Origin: a virus
Lineage: Duplodnaviria > Caudoviricetes
IMG/VR virus record: IMGVR_UViG_3300037313_001869
Location: 352,001-416,000 of that record
Length of the DNA: 64,000 nt
Direction: 5' to 3' (one strand)
Shown here: positions 63,521 through 64,000 of the stretch, piece after piece
Position numbering within the stretch: position 1 is the stretch's first letter
How the letters are laid out: each line of letters starts with the position of its first letter
The notes under the pieces: generated by a model
What the model was told of the DNA's origin: nothing
What the model saw: the letters and a program-made list of their open reading frames with translations, nothing else
The model's database searches: none
Made by a program: the position numbers and the translations under genes

Positions 63521-63957
63521 TCCCGGACGAGACGCCGGGCCCGCCTCTCTTCGGCGTAGCCCTGGTCCATGGCCTCTCGCTGCTCTCTCGCCTGCTCTGC
63601 CTCGTGGGCCTCGGCGGCTCGGATGGCCTTGGATGCGGGCTCGTACTCGTTCGGGTCGAGAGCGTCGATCTCGGCCGCTTCTTCGGGCGTCAGCTCCCGG
63701 CAGTGGCCCACGTTCACGCCCTGCTCACGAAGCATGATGCGCTCGGCCGTGTACCGGTCGAAGCCACGTTCCATGAGCATCTCGACGGAAGGGGGCGGGG
63801 CCTCGACCACGATGCAGCCGTCGATCTCCCCCAGCTCTCGCGCGTAGACCTCTTCGGCCTTCTGCCGGTCGTAACCGAAGTTCTTCATCAGCGACTCGAC
63901 GCTGAGAGGCACCGTCTTCGGCTTGCGACGCTTCTTTCGACGGGGGAGAGCGCTCAT
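63517..63957 (-). CDS. hypothetical protein with internal repeat
   Basis: SVESLMKNFGYDR / SVEMLMERGFDR. Confidence 0.7.
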   Translation of the reverse strand: MSALPRRKKRRKPKTVPLSVESLMKNFGYDRQKAEEVYARELGEIDGCIVVEAPPPSVEMLMERGFDRYTAERIMLREQGVNVGHCRELTPEEAAEIDALDPNEYEPASKAIRAAEAHEAEQAREQREAMDQGYAEERRARRLVRE

Positions 63958-64000
63958 GGCATCTCGATGGGATGGGTGTAGGGTGGGGGCTCTTTTTTGG

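Overview
GC-rich (about two-thirds by eye), gene-dense DNA with about 150 mostly short, translationally coupled ORFs and no rRNA, tRNA or host housekeeping operons. It most likely comes from a large or jumbo tailed phage of a high-GC host; the host is not determinable, with weak hints for Myxococcota-like bacteria. Layout: small early/middle genes at 0-33 kb (mostly minus strand), a palindrome/hairpin-repeat divergence region at 32.7-33.2 kb, a 17-kb plus-strand array of 32 diverged 115-205 aa genes at 33.7-50.9 kb, more small minus-strand genes at 51-58 kb, and a fibre/spike-type virion module at 58.5-62 kb. Main observations. (1) TTA behaves like a fourth stop codon: in a manual scan, the first in-frame TTA of a credible gene occurs in 8 genes, always at or next to the point where the protein should end, and twice the same 3 bp are the TAA stop of a convergent gene. 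(2) About 50 proteins carry an R-[FY]-[DE]-R-x-[ED]-[VP]-[LIV] tag, mostly at the extreme C-terminus; the array of variable domains bearing it also contains an AAA ATPase and a zinc peptidase. (3) Three upstream DNA motifs look like promoter classes. (4) Several genes are stand-alone fragments resembling host or phage core proteins (PheRS-alpha coiled coil, Pol A O-helix, bL12 CTD, EAD1). Family calls come from motif recognition by eye, not database searches. Many start codons were re-picked relative to the supplied ORF track.
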